Shown piece after piece: positions 36,911-45,590 of a DNA stretch of 46,289 nucleotides. The number at the start of each line of letters is the position of its first letter. Position 1 is the first letter of the stretch. Origin of the DNA: a virus (Duplodnaviria > Caudoviricetes); IMG/VR virus record IMGVR_UViG_3300005077_000450, positions 1-46,289 of that record. One strand, 5' to 3'. The notes under the pieces were generated by a model. That model was not told where the DNA came from. It ran no database searches and saw nothing but the letters and a program-made list of their open reading frames with translations. The translations under genes and the position numbers were made by a program.

Positions 36911-37155
36911 AACATACCCTCTACACCCGCAAGATCGGCGCCCGTGATTGGGTGCCAGTCTGCTACGCCGTGACCCGCGACGAGGTGCGGCGGCTGCTGG
37001 ACCTCAAGGCCGCAGCCGAAATCGAGTTGCCCGGCAATGAGTACTGGCTGCAAGACGGCGAGGCCCCGCCAGAACCAGAGCCGGTCATCTGCAAGTGCGT
37101 TGAGTGGGAAGAGCGCGAAATCGAAGAGCGGAAGCTCGGGAGGTATCCATGGTAA
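36907..37155 (+). CDS. hypothetical protein
   Basis: RBS GGGGAG; coupled to neighbours. Confidence 0.65.
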   Translation: MKHTLYTRKIGARDWVPVCYAVTRDEVRRLLDLKAAAEIELPGNEYWLQDGEAPPEPEPVICKCVEWEEREIEERKLGRYPW

Positions 37156-37385
37156 CTGACGCCATGAATCGCCTCGTCGATGAACTTCATCGCCTCGGAG
37201 AAGTCGATGCGCCAATCCATATCAACCGAATCGAAACCGGCGACGGTCCGCATTGGGCCATGACGGTGCATTTACACAATGGCAAGGCTTACCGCAGAAC
37301 GGCGGCATCAATCACCGAATCCGCCGAATCCATCATCGCGCAGCTTGAAACGCTGCCAAGCTTCGAAAGGAGTATCCAATGTTAA
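37149..37385 (+). CDS. hypothetical protein
   Basis: RBS GGAGGT. Confidence 0.65.
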   Translation: MVTDAMNRLVDELHRLGEVDAPIHINRIETGDGPHWAMTVHLHNGKAYRRTAASITESAESIIAQLETLPSFERSIQC

Positions 37386-38326
37386 AGGGAGTGACACGCG
37401 GCAAGCGCCGCCCGCCTAGGGTGGTTCTGTACGGGCCGCCAGGTGTTGGGAAAAGTACGTTCGGCGCGGATGCCGAGTCGCCGTTGTTCGTCCCGACGGA
37501 GGATGGGGTTGATAACGTCCCCGTGGACGCCTTCGGCAAAGCGGCATCCTGGACCGAACTACTTGAGAACGTGCGCCAGGTGGCAACCGAGAAGCACGAT
37601 TACAAGACGCTTGTGATCGATACGCTGAACGGCGCGGCGGAACTCTGCGCCGACCACATCGTAAAGACGCTGTTCGGCGGCCAGCGTATCGCCCAGAAAG
37701 GCAACGGCGGATACGAAGCGTTCGGCAAGGGAGAAAAGGCCACGGCGGAAGAAATGCGGGCGTTGCTTGCCTTGATGGACGATTGCCGGGCTCGAGGGAT
37801 GACGGTACTTCTTCTCGGCCATACCGGCCTTCAGAACGTGCAGCACCCGACGGAAGGCGGCTATACGAAGTTCGCGCCGGAAATGCCTAAGGCCGCGTGG
37901 GCCAAGGTGTCGGCCTGGGCGGACATCGTGCTTCGCGCCGACTACGAATACACCATCCTAAAGAATGGCGGACCGAAGGGCCGGGCTATCGGATCGTCCA
38001 CGCGCATCGTCTATGCGGCTGGCGAAGCCGCCGCCGACGCTAAGTGCCGCGTCGGCTACGAACTGCCAGACACGTTCGGACTTAGCTACGACGAGTTCGC
38101 CGCCCACCTCGGATCCGGCGCATCGACCCTTGAGGAAATCAAAACCCTATGGCCGTTGCTTTCGGAGCAGCAGGCCCGCGAGGCAATCGCATGGCTTGGC
38201 TGCGACGACATAGCGGACGCGCCGCTGACTAAGGCACGCAAACTATTGAACAGGCTGCGGCAGATCGCGGCCGAGAAAAACAACAATCAGGCCGACGAGG
38301 CTGAGAATAAGGAGAAGGTAGCATGA
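37379..38326 (+). CDS. AAA_24 / Sak4-like recombination ATPase
   Basis: YGPPGVGKST, YKTLVIDT and WADIV motifs. Confidence 0.9.
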   Translation: MLKGVTRGKRRPPRVVLYGPPGVGKSTFGADAESPLFVPTEDGVDNVPVDAFGKAASWTELLENVRQVATEKHDYKTLVIDTLNGAAELCADHIVKTLFGGQRIAQKGNGGYEAFGKGEKATAEEMRALLALMDDCRARGMTVLLLGHTGLQNVQHPTEGGYTKFAPEMPKAAWAKVSAWADIVLRADYEYTILKNGGPKGRAIGSSTRIVYAAGEAAADAKCRVGYELPDTFGLSYDEFAAHLGSGASTLEEIKTLWPLLSEQQAREAIAWLGCDDIADAPLTKARKLLNRLRQIAAEKNNNQADEAENKEKVA

Positions 38327-38808
38327 GCGAGAATAACATTCATCCTGCGGGACAGTTCGCGGCGACCGTCGCCGACCACGGAATCACGAAAACCAGTAAC
38401 GGCAAGGAACAGGTGGCCGTCAAGTTCGAGACAGAACACGGATTTATCACCGGGTTTTTCGCGCTGTCCGAGAAGGCCATCGAATACACGCTGGAAAAGC
38501 TACAGGCGTGCGGGTTCGACGGATCGTCGCTGCTGGAATTGCAGAGTGACCCGCCGAGACTTGCTGGAAACAAGTGCAGCATCAAAGTCGTACATGAGGA
38601 ATACGATGGCAAGACCAACGCTAAGGTTCAGTTTGTGAACCCCGATGGCTACGTTGGCTTCGAACTCAAGAAGGACACGGACGCTGCCGCCAACGCAGCC
38701 AAGAAGTACGACGCGCTGCTGCGTGCACGGATCGGTTCAAAGTCAGCACAAACAAAACTCGCGCAAGGCGCGGACTTCCCCGCCAACGACGGCGACGTGC
38801 CGTTTTAA
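38323..38808 (+). CDS. single-stranded DNA-binding protein
   Basis: Follows the Sak4-like gene; HEEYDGK and acidic tail DGDVPF. Confidence 0.75.
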   Translation: MSENNIHPAGQFAATVADHGITKTSNGKEQVAVKFETEHGFITGFFALSEKAIEYTLEKLQACGFDGSSLLELQSDPPRLAGNKCSIKVVHEEYDGKTNAKVQFVNPDGYVGFELKKDTDAAANAAKKYDALLRARIGSKSAQTKLAQGADFPANDGDVPF

Positions 38809-38816
38809 GGTGCATC

Positions 38817-39734
38817 ATGAAGGTGCTTACATCCTCTTCCTTGAGCGCCTTCCGGGACTGCCCGCGCAAGTACTTTCATCAGTACGAGCGCGGGCGCGTC
38901 CCGCTTGCCGAGAGCGAGGCGCTTACGCTCGGCAAATGGATCCACGCCGCATTGGATGCGTGGTGGCGCATCGACGGCACCATTCAAGACAGGCACCTTG
39001 CGGCCGTAGAAGCCGCGCCGCTTGATTTGATGCCCGAACAAACCATGGCGCGCGCGCTTGCAATGCTGTATCACTACGCGCCGCCCGTAGACCAATTTAA
39101 TGTGCTGGCTGTTGAGCAGCCGTTCGAAGTGAAAATCGAGAACGGCAATGGCAAGGGCCGATCGTTCTACGGGTACCGCCTCGCCGGAAAAATCGACGTT
39201 GTTCTGAAGCGCAAAGATACCGGCGACATTTGGATCATGGACCACAAGACTACAACGCGCGAGATTGTCGGCTTCGGTTCTTACTGGCAACGGCTTCAAG
39301 TCGACGGCCAGATGTCGAACTACTGCCTTGCGTTCAACGCGCGCGGGTTCATCTACGACGCGCTTAGAGTGCCGTCCGTGCGATTGTGCGGCAAAGACGA
39401 AGCAGAGGCCGCAAAAACCGGAACCGATCCATCCGAAGCTTATATGCAACGGTGCATCAGCATAATCGCGGAAGATCCGGCTCAATGGTATCAATGGCGA
39501 GAATATACCAAGACAAACGACGATATGGCCGAGGCGCGTCAAGACCTCTGGCAACAAGTCGAGATGTTCCGCTCGTGCGACACCGCAGCGCGCTGGCCGC
39601 GCAATCCCAATGCGTGTGTTGGCCTTTACGGGACGTGTCCTTATTTGGATGTTTGTACCGGCAAGGCTGACCTGGACGATGATGCGCTGTTCCGCACGAA
39701 GGCGGAAGCGCACGAGGAATTAAACGAATTATGA
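38817..39734 (+). CDS. PD-(D/E)XK exonuclease (RecB/Cas4-like)
   Basis: SSLSAFRDCPRKY, GKWIH, GKID..IMDHKT, QMSNY, C..CPY..C. Confidence 0.9.
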   Translation: MKVLTSSSLSAFRDCPRKYFHQYERGRVPLAESEALTLGKWIHAALDAWWRIDGTIQDRHLAAVEAAPLDLMPEQTMARALAMLYHYAPPVDQFNVLAVEQPFEVKIENGNGKGRSFYGYRLAGKIDVVLKRKDTGDIWIMDHKTTTREIVGFGSYWQRLQVDGQMSNYCLAFNARGFIYDALRVPSVRLCGKDEAEAAKTGTDPSEAYMQRCISIIAEDPAQWYQWREYTKTNDDMAEARQDLWQQVEMFRSCDTAARWPRNPNACVGLYGTCPYLDVCTGKADLDDDALFRTKAEAHEELNEL

Positions 39735-39743
39735 TTATTTGTT

Positions 39744-40566
39744 CTGGCGCCCGCGCGAATACCAAAACAGTTACCGCTAGCCGGGTACTGAAGGATCGGT
39801 ACGCGCGCGGGGCCAGCCTTGCAAATATGCCCGTCGCTCTTATTGCCGCACGACCGGCGGTGGAGACAACCGGAACATCGCCGGGGCATGGGGCGACGGG
39901 CTTTGACACAAGAAGGGCAAGCGTCGTCGCCCGGCGAAGTGGCGGTAGGGTGGGCGGCGACAGCAAGCCTTATACGACTTCAATCGTCGGATAAATGCCC
40001 CGACGGTTTGTTCTTTGAAAAAGGCGGGCTGGGAGGAAACAGTGTTATTTAACAATAATCTGTTGGCGAGGCTTACGGCGCTTTGCAAGAGTGATGCCGT
40101 AAAATAACGACTAATGTGCGTTCGCTCTGATTTGTTGTTTAAGGCTTTTAACGCTGTATTTCCCCGGAAGCTTTTGTGTGTGTATTTCATCTAGTATCCC
40201 TTCCAGCCCGCCGTTTTTAATCAGCAAAAATAATCGTTCTTTGACATGGCGGCTCGGCAAGATCTAAGGGCCTGATGGATGGCAACAATTTATTCCTATG
40301 TTGGAATAAGCCATGTATTTTTAGATGTCTGCATACACGACATCGCCAAACAAAAGGCCGCAGCGGAAGTCCTAAACGAGTGCCGAGCCGCCACCTTTAA
40401 CACACAACGGCCGCCGCGCCTCACGCACCTGAGGTAGCGGTAACCGCCTCAGAGGCAAGGCGGCCTACTTTTACACCATGACGCGCACCAGGGAAAAATT
40501 GGCGGTACTTTACCATCTTGATATGTAGACGCACGATCAGCAACGCGCAATGCGCCGATTGCTGAT
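39744..40566 (+). ncRNA. array of about eight stem-closed structured RNA elements with boxA-like linkers
   Basis: Stems at 39744-39816, 39829-39901, 39923-39961, 39983-40007, 40023-40212, 40247-40393, 40409-40465 and 40536-40566. Confidence 0.65.
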
Positions 40567-40591
40567 TTGTAGGCAAGAATTGGAGAATACC

Positions 40592-40831
40592 ATGCAGGTA
40601 AAAATATTAGGCAACAAGCAATCTCGGTGGGTACGCATAAAGCACGGCGCGACTGCCAATCCCGCGCCGAATTTCATGGACCCCTCCGACGCAGAGCCCG
40701 GGCCTGGCGTCCTGTTACGCGCCGAGGCCCGGGCGTTTTTCATTGCCTGGGTTGTTGGCGTCTTGGCGTTCTTGCTTCTTCTCGGGCTCGTGATTGCGTG
40801 CGGGTATCCGCTGATTGGCGGTGGCGCATGA
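40592..40831 (+). CDS. small membrane protein
   Basis: RBS GGAG; C-terminal TM helix. Confidence 0.65.
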   Translation: MQVKILGNKQSRWVRIKHGATANPAPNFMDPSDAEPGPGVLLRAEARAFFIAWVVGVLAFLLLLGLVIACGYPLIGGGA

Positions 40832-41040
40832 GCAAGAAGCCGAACAACTGCCGGACGTGTCGGTGGTGGCATAAGATAGGCCGTATGGAATCCGTCAACG
40901 AATGGTACGGATCCTGCGACGCGCCCGTTCCTTTTTGGGTTCTATGCACAATTGCGGGGCAACCAACGCGGGCCACAGATGGCCGCGACTGCGCCTGCTG
41001 GAAAGGCACGAACAACACGCCGAAGATGGGGGAATCATGA
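40828..41040 (+). CDS. small Cys-rich hypothetical protein
   Basis: CRTCRWW..GSC..CACW; ATGA-coupled. Confidence 0.6.
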   Translation: MSKKPNNCRTCRWWHKIGRMESVNEWYGSCDAPVPFWVLCTIAGQPTRATDGRDCACWKGTNNTPKMGES

Positions 41041-41258
41041 ACACCAGCTTAGAACCCGGCAGCTTCTACCGATTCGCTTTGTCAATCGGCACCCACCATT
41101 GCCACGAGTGCCGTAAGGTGCTCAACAACGGAACACCATACGCCGTTAAGTACAAGCTGGACGAACGCGGCATCGAACAAGTGCTCGAGGTACTTTGCCT
41201 CGATGTCTGCTTCCTCAAGCGAATCAATCTGGCCGAGAAAGAAGGAGCGGCGGCGTGA
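41037..41258 (+). CDS. small zinc-binding hypothetical protein
   Basis: CHEC..CLDVC; ATGA-coupled. Confidence 0.6.
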   Translation: MNTSLEPGSFYRFALSIGTHHCHECRKVLNNGTPYAVKYKLDERGIEQVLEVLCLDVCFLKRINLAEKEGAAA

Positions 41259-42091
41259 TCTACCGCATTCGGGACTGGGATAGCAATTTCGAAAACAACC
41301 GGACGCGCAACCGTCCGAAGCTCGGATGGGTGCCGGTTCCGAACAAGCACGACGGAGAAGGATTCCGGCGCATCATGGCCGAGGCCGACGGCATCGTCAT
41401 CTATGGGTGCTGGCACCTAATCCTACAGGTGGCATCCAAGTGCGCGCCCCGTGGCACCCTCGTGCGCTACGATGGCACCCCCCTGCAAGCGGCCGATATT
41501 GCCCTTCGAACCGGCTGGCGGAAGGAAAAGGACGTTCAACGAGCCTTGGAGTTCTGTTCATCGCCGGAAGTCGGTTGGCTGGAAATAGTTGCATACCCCT
41601 GGCACGACGGTGACACCCCCCTGGCAACAGAGTGCGCACAGGGTGCCCTGAAAGAAAGAATAGAAGAGAATAGAAGAGAAGAGAATAGAAGAGAAGAGAA
41701 AGAACCGGACGCGGCTAGCGCCGCTGTTTCTTGCCCTCATCAGGAAATCATCCAAGCATACCACGAAGAATGCCGGGCGCTGCCAGCCGTGAAGACGTGG
41801 AACGGATCCGGGCGTACCGCGCTGGCTACCCGCTGGAAGGAAGAACCGGAACGGCAATCGGTGGATTGGTGGCGGGCGTTCTTCCGCGACCAGGTCGCCA
41901 CGTCCGACTTTCTAATGGGCCGTGCTACCGACTTCCGCGCAACCCTCAACTGGCTTGTCGGGCCAAAGAACTTCGAGAAAGTGCTGAACGGGCAATACGT
42001 CAACCGCAGCGCGGCGGCATCGGTGGCAAGCTACGAATCGCCGCTTGAGAAATATCGACGCGAAAGGGATTCAAAAAATGGAAGTAAGTGA
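41255..42091 (+). CDS. replication initiator protein
   Basis: RIRDW..FE N-terminus, EENRREE linker, SDFLMG..ATLNWL..NFEKVLNGQY C-terminal domain. Confidence 0.8.
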   Translation: MIYRIRDWDSNFENNRTRNRPKLGWVPVPNKHDGEGFRRIMAEADGIVIYGCWHLILQVASKCAPRGTLVRYDGTPLQAADIALRTGWRKEKDVQRALEFCSSPEVGWLEIVAYPWHDGDTPLATECAQGALKERIEENRREENRREEKEPDAASAAVSCPHQEIIQAYHEECRALPAVKTWNGSGRTALATRWKEEPERQSVDWWRAFFRDQVATSDFLMGRATDFRATLNWLVGPKNFEKVLNGQYVNRSAAASVASYESPLEKYRRERDSKNGSK

Positions 42092-42695
42092 ACCAGTCCG
42101 CGTATTTGCGGAAGAGATAAACAGCCGATTTGATTCACCGCTAAAAGCGGCGCTTGTAGAAGATATTCAGCGCGACATTTTCGATTCCATGCACCCCACG
42201 GATGCCGAGGTGGACGCGGCGCTGAAGCACATTCGGCAGACGTGCGAACGCAAGCCGTCCTTGAAAGTGATTCTTGAAGCCTTTCTTCTGGCGCGTCGCG
42301 GCGCTGGTTTATCTTGGCGTGTTGGCCAGCCATGCAAGAACTGTGGCGGCGTGGGCTGGATGCGTACATGGCGCGGCGACTGGCCGAATCCGCATTGGTT
42401 CAACGCACCGTGTTCGTGCGGCAACGCGCCGCAATGGGCGCGGCAACTTCCACGGTTCAACCATATCGAAGGCATGTCCATGAACGCGTTCGAGTCGTTC
42501 GCTGGCCGCCGGTTCATGGAAAGCGACTTCGATTTCAAACGGCGCACGCGTGAATTAATGGCGACGGTGAAGCCGGAAATGCGGGCATGGGCCGAGAAGC
42601 ATGTTGGTAAGGATTTTAGGAACGTGCCGGACAGCGAACGCGGCGGCGACGTGGAACGGATAGCCGATTATGACGATGGGGAGTTCGACCTATGA
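42078..42695 (+). CDS. replication-associated protein with Zn finger
   Basis: Follows the initiator; CKNCGGVGW..PCSC. Confidence 0.55.
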   Translation: MEVSEPVRVFAEEINSRFDSPLKAALVEDIQRDIFDSMHPTDAEVDAALKHIRQTCERKPSLKVILEAFLLARRGAGLSWRVGQPCKNCGGVGWMRTWRGDWPNPHWFNAPCSCGNAPQWARQLPRFNHIEGMSMNAFESFAGRRFMESDFDFKRRTRELMATVKPEMRAWAEKHVGKDFRNVPDSERGGDVERIADYDDGEFDL

Positions 42696-43102
42696 CGGGC
42701 GGTATGAGAGAAACAACCATCACCGGCCGCGTGCTGGTTCTTCGCGGCCTACCGTGGCCGCCGAGCGTGAATCGCTATTATCGGCACGTCAGCCTCAAAG
42801 GCCGGCACGCAACCCTCATCAGCCGGGAAGGCCGGTTGTTCCGAAACAAGGTAGCCGAGTATTGCTTAATTAACCAGACGCCGACGATGACCGGACAACT
42901 CGACTTGTCCGTTTACTTGGAACCACCGGACAAGAGAATCCGCGACGTGGACAACTCGCTGAAGTCGCTGCTGGATGCGTTGCAGCACGCCAAGGTGATC
43001 GAGAACGATTCGCAGATTTACCGGCTTGAAGCAATCAAGGCCGCGCCGCATAAGGGCGGGCGCGTGACCGTGACCATTATTCCGTATGTGGCGGATCTTT
43101 AA
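42692..43102 (+). CDS. rusA: RusA-like Holliday junction resolvase
   Basis: LPWPPSVN, PPDKRIRDVDN..KSLLDAL and NDSQI motifs. Confidence 0.9.
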   Translation: MTGGMRETTITGRVLVLRGLPWPPSVNRYYRHVSLKGRHATLISREGRLFRNKVAEYCLINQTPTMTGQLDLSVYLEPPDKRIRDVDNSLKSLLDALQHAKVIENDSQIYRLEAIKAAPHKGGRVTVTIIPYVADL

Positions 43103-43123
43103 CGTTTTTACAAGGAGCATATC

Positions 43124-43927
43124 ATGGAGCAGGATATTATAAAACAGGAAGCATTTTATCTCGCCACCATTACACCAGAGATTGCCGAACGGTGGCTGGA
43201 ATATAACAATATTCATAACAGGCCACTTCAAAACAAATGCGTCTATAATTTAGCGAAGGAAATGAAAGAAGGTAGGTGGGTTGTTAATGGCGACACTATT
43301 AGATTTTCAAAAAATAGAACGCTATTGGACGGGCAACATCGGCTATGGGCCTGCATAGAAGCGAATGTCCCTTTTCAGTCGTATGTTATTTGTGGATTGG
43401 ATATGGATGTTTTTGACACTTTAGACAGTGGAAAGCGCCGCACTGGGGCGGATGTATTATCAATTTATGGAGAACAAAACACGGCTTGCCTTGCCGCAGC
43501 TCTTGCTCTTGTAGATCGGTATATGACAAGCAGAATGTACCCAGGCGTCAGATACGCGAACTCTGAGTTATTAGACTTGGCTAAAAAATATCCAAAAGTA
43601 CGCGATAGCACATCTAAGGCCTGCGGCAACCTAAAAGGGCTGCTCCCTAATTCCATTATGGCTGCGTGTCATTATTTATTTTCATTGAAAGATCCAAAAC
43701 TTGCCGACGAGGTAATGGAAAAAGTGAGAAAAGGAACATACCTCGCAGACGATGATCCCATTCGAGTATTCCGAGAGCGGCTATTGAATAATTCCATATC
43801 TAAAGCAAAGCTCAGCCGGGAATATATCATGGCGCTTTTTATTAAAGCATGGAATGCCGCGAGGGCTGGTCGGCCGGTTCGCGCATTGCGGTATCAAAAG
43901 GACGAGGCATTCCCGGTTGTACAGTAA
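43124..43927 (+). CDS. ParB-like / DGQHR-motif protein
   Basis: ITPEIAERWL..NRP, LLDGQHRL and DSGKRRT motifs. Confidence 0.75.
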   Translation: MEQDIIKQEAFYLATITPEIAERWLEYNNIHNRPLQNKCVYNLAKEMKEGRWVVNGDTIRFSKNRTLLDGQHRLWACIEANVPFQSYVICGLDMDVFDTLDSGKRRTGADVLSIYGEQNTACLAAALALVDRYMTSRMYPGVRYANSELLDLAKKYPKVRDSTSKACGNLKGLLPNSIMAACHYLFSLKDPKLADEVMEKVRKGTYLADDDPIRVFRERLLNNSISKAKLSREYIMALFIKAWNAARAGRPVRALRYQKDEAFPVVQ

Positions 43928-43954
43928 ATTGAGCATAATAATGGAGTCTGTTTT

Positions 43955-45004
43955 ATGAACGATGCCGTACTCGCAAGGCTGGATATAGCACGCGCCGCGC
44001 TTGAGAAGGCGGACACTGTAGATGAGATAAAACAGATTGCGGACATTGCGGCGGCCGCGATTGTTTTCGCGCGGCGCGTGAACCGCAGCGTCGAGGTCAT
44101 CAACAAGGGTCTCTCAATCAAGACCCGCGCGGAGCGGAAGCTGGGCCAGGCGATTAAGGACGGCCAGGAGCGTGGGGAGCTTCGCAAAGCTGGCGGCTCC
44201 GGTGATTCTGTAAAAAGTACAAAATCATTCGAAGACCTCGGCATAGATTCCAACCAGTCGCGGAAGTCGCGCACCCTGGCAGCGATTCCCGACGATGTCT
44301 TCGAAGAGACATTGGCGCAGGTGGAGGAAGCGCCGGTACGGCTCAATGAATCCGAGATTTTGCGAATCGCGAGCGCGTTAAAGGCCAAGAAGGTCAAGCG
44401 CAAGAAGCCAGGGCTGGTTTACGACGTTAACAAAAACGAGTCGGCCATATGCAGTCTTGAATCTTTGATCGCCGATGGTTCAAAATTCGGAACTATCTAT
44501 GCGGATCCTCCGTGGCGCTACGGAAACCAGGGCACGCGCGCAGCAACTGATAATCACTACGTCACCATGACGCCCGCTGAGATTGCCGCGTTGCCAATCG
44601 CCTCGCTTGCCGCAGAGCAAGCCCACCTGCACCTGTGGACAACCAACGCTTTTCTGTTCGATTCCAAGGCAATTATCGAGGCTTGGGGGTTCGAATACAA
44701 AAGCGTATTTGTTTGGGTAAAGCCACAAATGGGCATTGGAAATTACTGGCGCGTATCCCATGAGCTAATGTTGCTTGGAGTTCGTGGAGGTCTTACGTTT
44801 CCAGACAAAAATATGAAAAGCTGGATTGAGGCGAGCAGAACTAAACACAGTTCAAAGCCTGCAGAGATTAGAAAGCTGATCGAGCGGGCGAGTCCGGGGC
44901 CGCGCCTTGAATTATTTGGTCGGCAAACGTCGCCAGGCTGGACGGTCTGGGGAAATGAAATAGAAAAAACGCTCTTTAATGGGGAGGCATTCGCCAATGG
45001 GTAA
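43955..45004 (+). CDS. MT-A70 family adenine methyltransferase with N-terminal helical domain
   Basis: IYADPPW, LHLWTT, WGFEYK, HSSKP and LELFGR motifs. Confidence 0.9.
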   Translation: MNDAVLARLDIARAALEKADTVDEIKQIADIAAAAIVFARRVNRSVEVINKGLSIKTRAERKLGQAIKDGQERGELRKAGGSGDSVKSTKSFEDLGIDSNQSRKSRTLAAIPDDVFEETLAQVEEAPVRLNESEILRIASALKAKKVKRKKPGLVYDVNKNESAICSLESLIADGSKFGTIYADPPWRYGNQGTRAATDNHYVTMTPAEIAALPIASLAAEQAHLHLWTTNAFLFDSKAIIEAWGFEYKSVFVWVKPQMGIGNYWRVSHELMLLGVRGGLTFPDKNMKSWIEASRTKHSSKPAEIRKLIERASPGPRLELFGRQTSPGWTVWGNEIEKTLFNGEAFANG

Positions 45005-45590
45005 CGGATACGAAGAGGCATGCGCCGTAGAAAAAAAGGCCATGCTGGATCTTGTTCCCTTTTTACGAGACAACATTGCGTTCGAAGGACGTTTTGTTGT
45101 TACCAGCAAGGGCAGGCTTGCACCAATGCTGCAAAAGTCAGTAGGTGATGTCCTTGTCAATACTGACGCTGAAACGCTGTGGTCTGTTGAAATAAAATCA
45201 GAAGCCAGAACAACCGGAAATCTGTTTCTTGAGACGTGGTCTAATTCACCGCGCTTTACGCTTGGATGGATGTATACGCTCAACGCGGATATTCTATGGT
45301 ATTATTTTATGGATACCGGCAAGTTGTATTCCATGTCCTTTCCGTCTCTAAAGAGATGGGCTTTTTACGATAGAAATAAGCATGGCGTTGCTGGAAAGCT
45401 GTACGAATACCGAGAAGTAGAACAGAAGAAGCACGCGCAATTAAATATAACCTGCGGAAGAATTGTCCCTATTGTTGACATTGAATGTGCAATAGGAATG
45501 AAAACGTGGCACGTCGCGAGCAATGAACTTGTAAAAGATGCAAAGCCACCTAAACAGCAGTCACTATTTGGAGGCGATAAAGCGGCATGA
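44997..45590 (+). CDS. putative PD-(D/E)XK-fold nuclease
   Basis: VGD..VEIKSE..GNLFLETWSN..GW pattern. Confidence 0.5.
   Translation: MGNGYEEACAVEKKAMLDLVPFLRDNIAFEGRFVVTSKGRLAPMLQKSVGDVLVNTDAETLWSVEIKSEARTTGNLFLETWSNSPRFTLGWMYTLNADILWYYFMDTGKLYSMSFPSLKRWAFYDRNKHGVAGKLYEYREVEQKKHAQLNITCGRIVPIVDIECAIGMKTWHVASNELVKDAKPPKQQSLFGGDKAA

Noticed and set aside
34802-39713. Long minus-strand ORFs (34802-35515, 38805-39713 and similar)
   Set aside because: Antisense shadows of well-supported + strand genes, with no motifs or RBS
38817-39734. Cas4 / CRISPR adaptation gene
   Set aside because: Sits in a Sak4-SSB-exonuclease recombination module with no cas genes or array
39744-40007. 7-8-nt matches of the first four array modules to the repressor gene (CACGACCG, CGGATAAA, GCCCGTC)
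   Set aside because: Matches this short are expected by chance between regions of this size, so they were not counted as evidence
39731-40190. ORFs 39731-39994 (+) and 39840-40190 (-) as proteins
   Set aside because: Low-complexity translations running through strong stems; an RNA-structure explanation fits better, though translation is not excluded
40270-40375. Hammerhead ribozyme (CTGATGG)
   Set aside because: The core needs CUGANGA and GAAA; neither is correctly present
39744-40566. CRISPR array or tRNA cluster
   Set aside because: No repeated 25-40-nt unit and no cloverleafs with TTCG T-loops; the modules share only architecture
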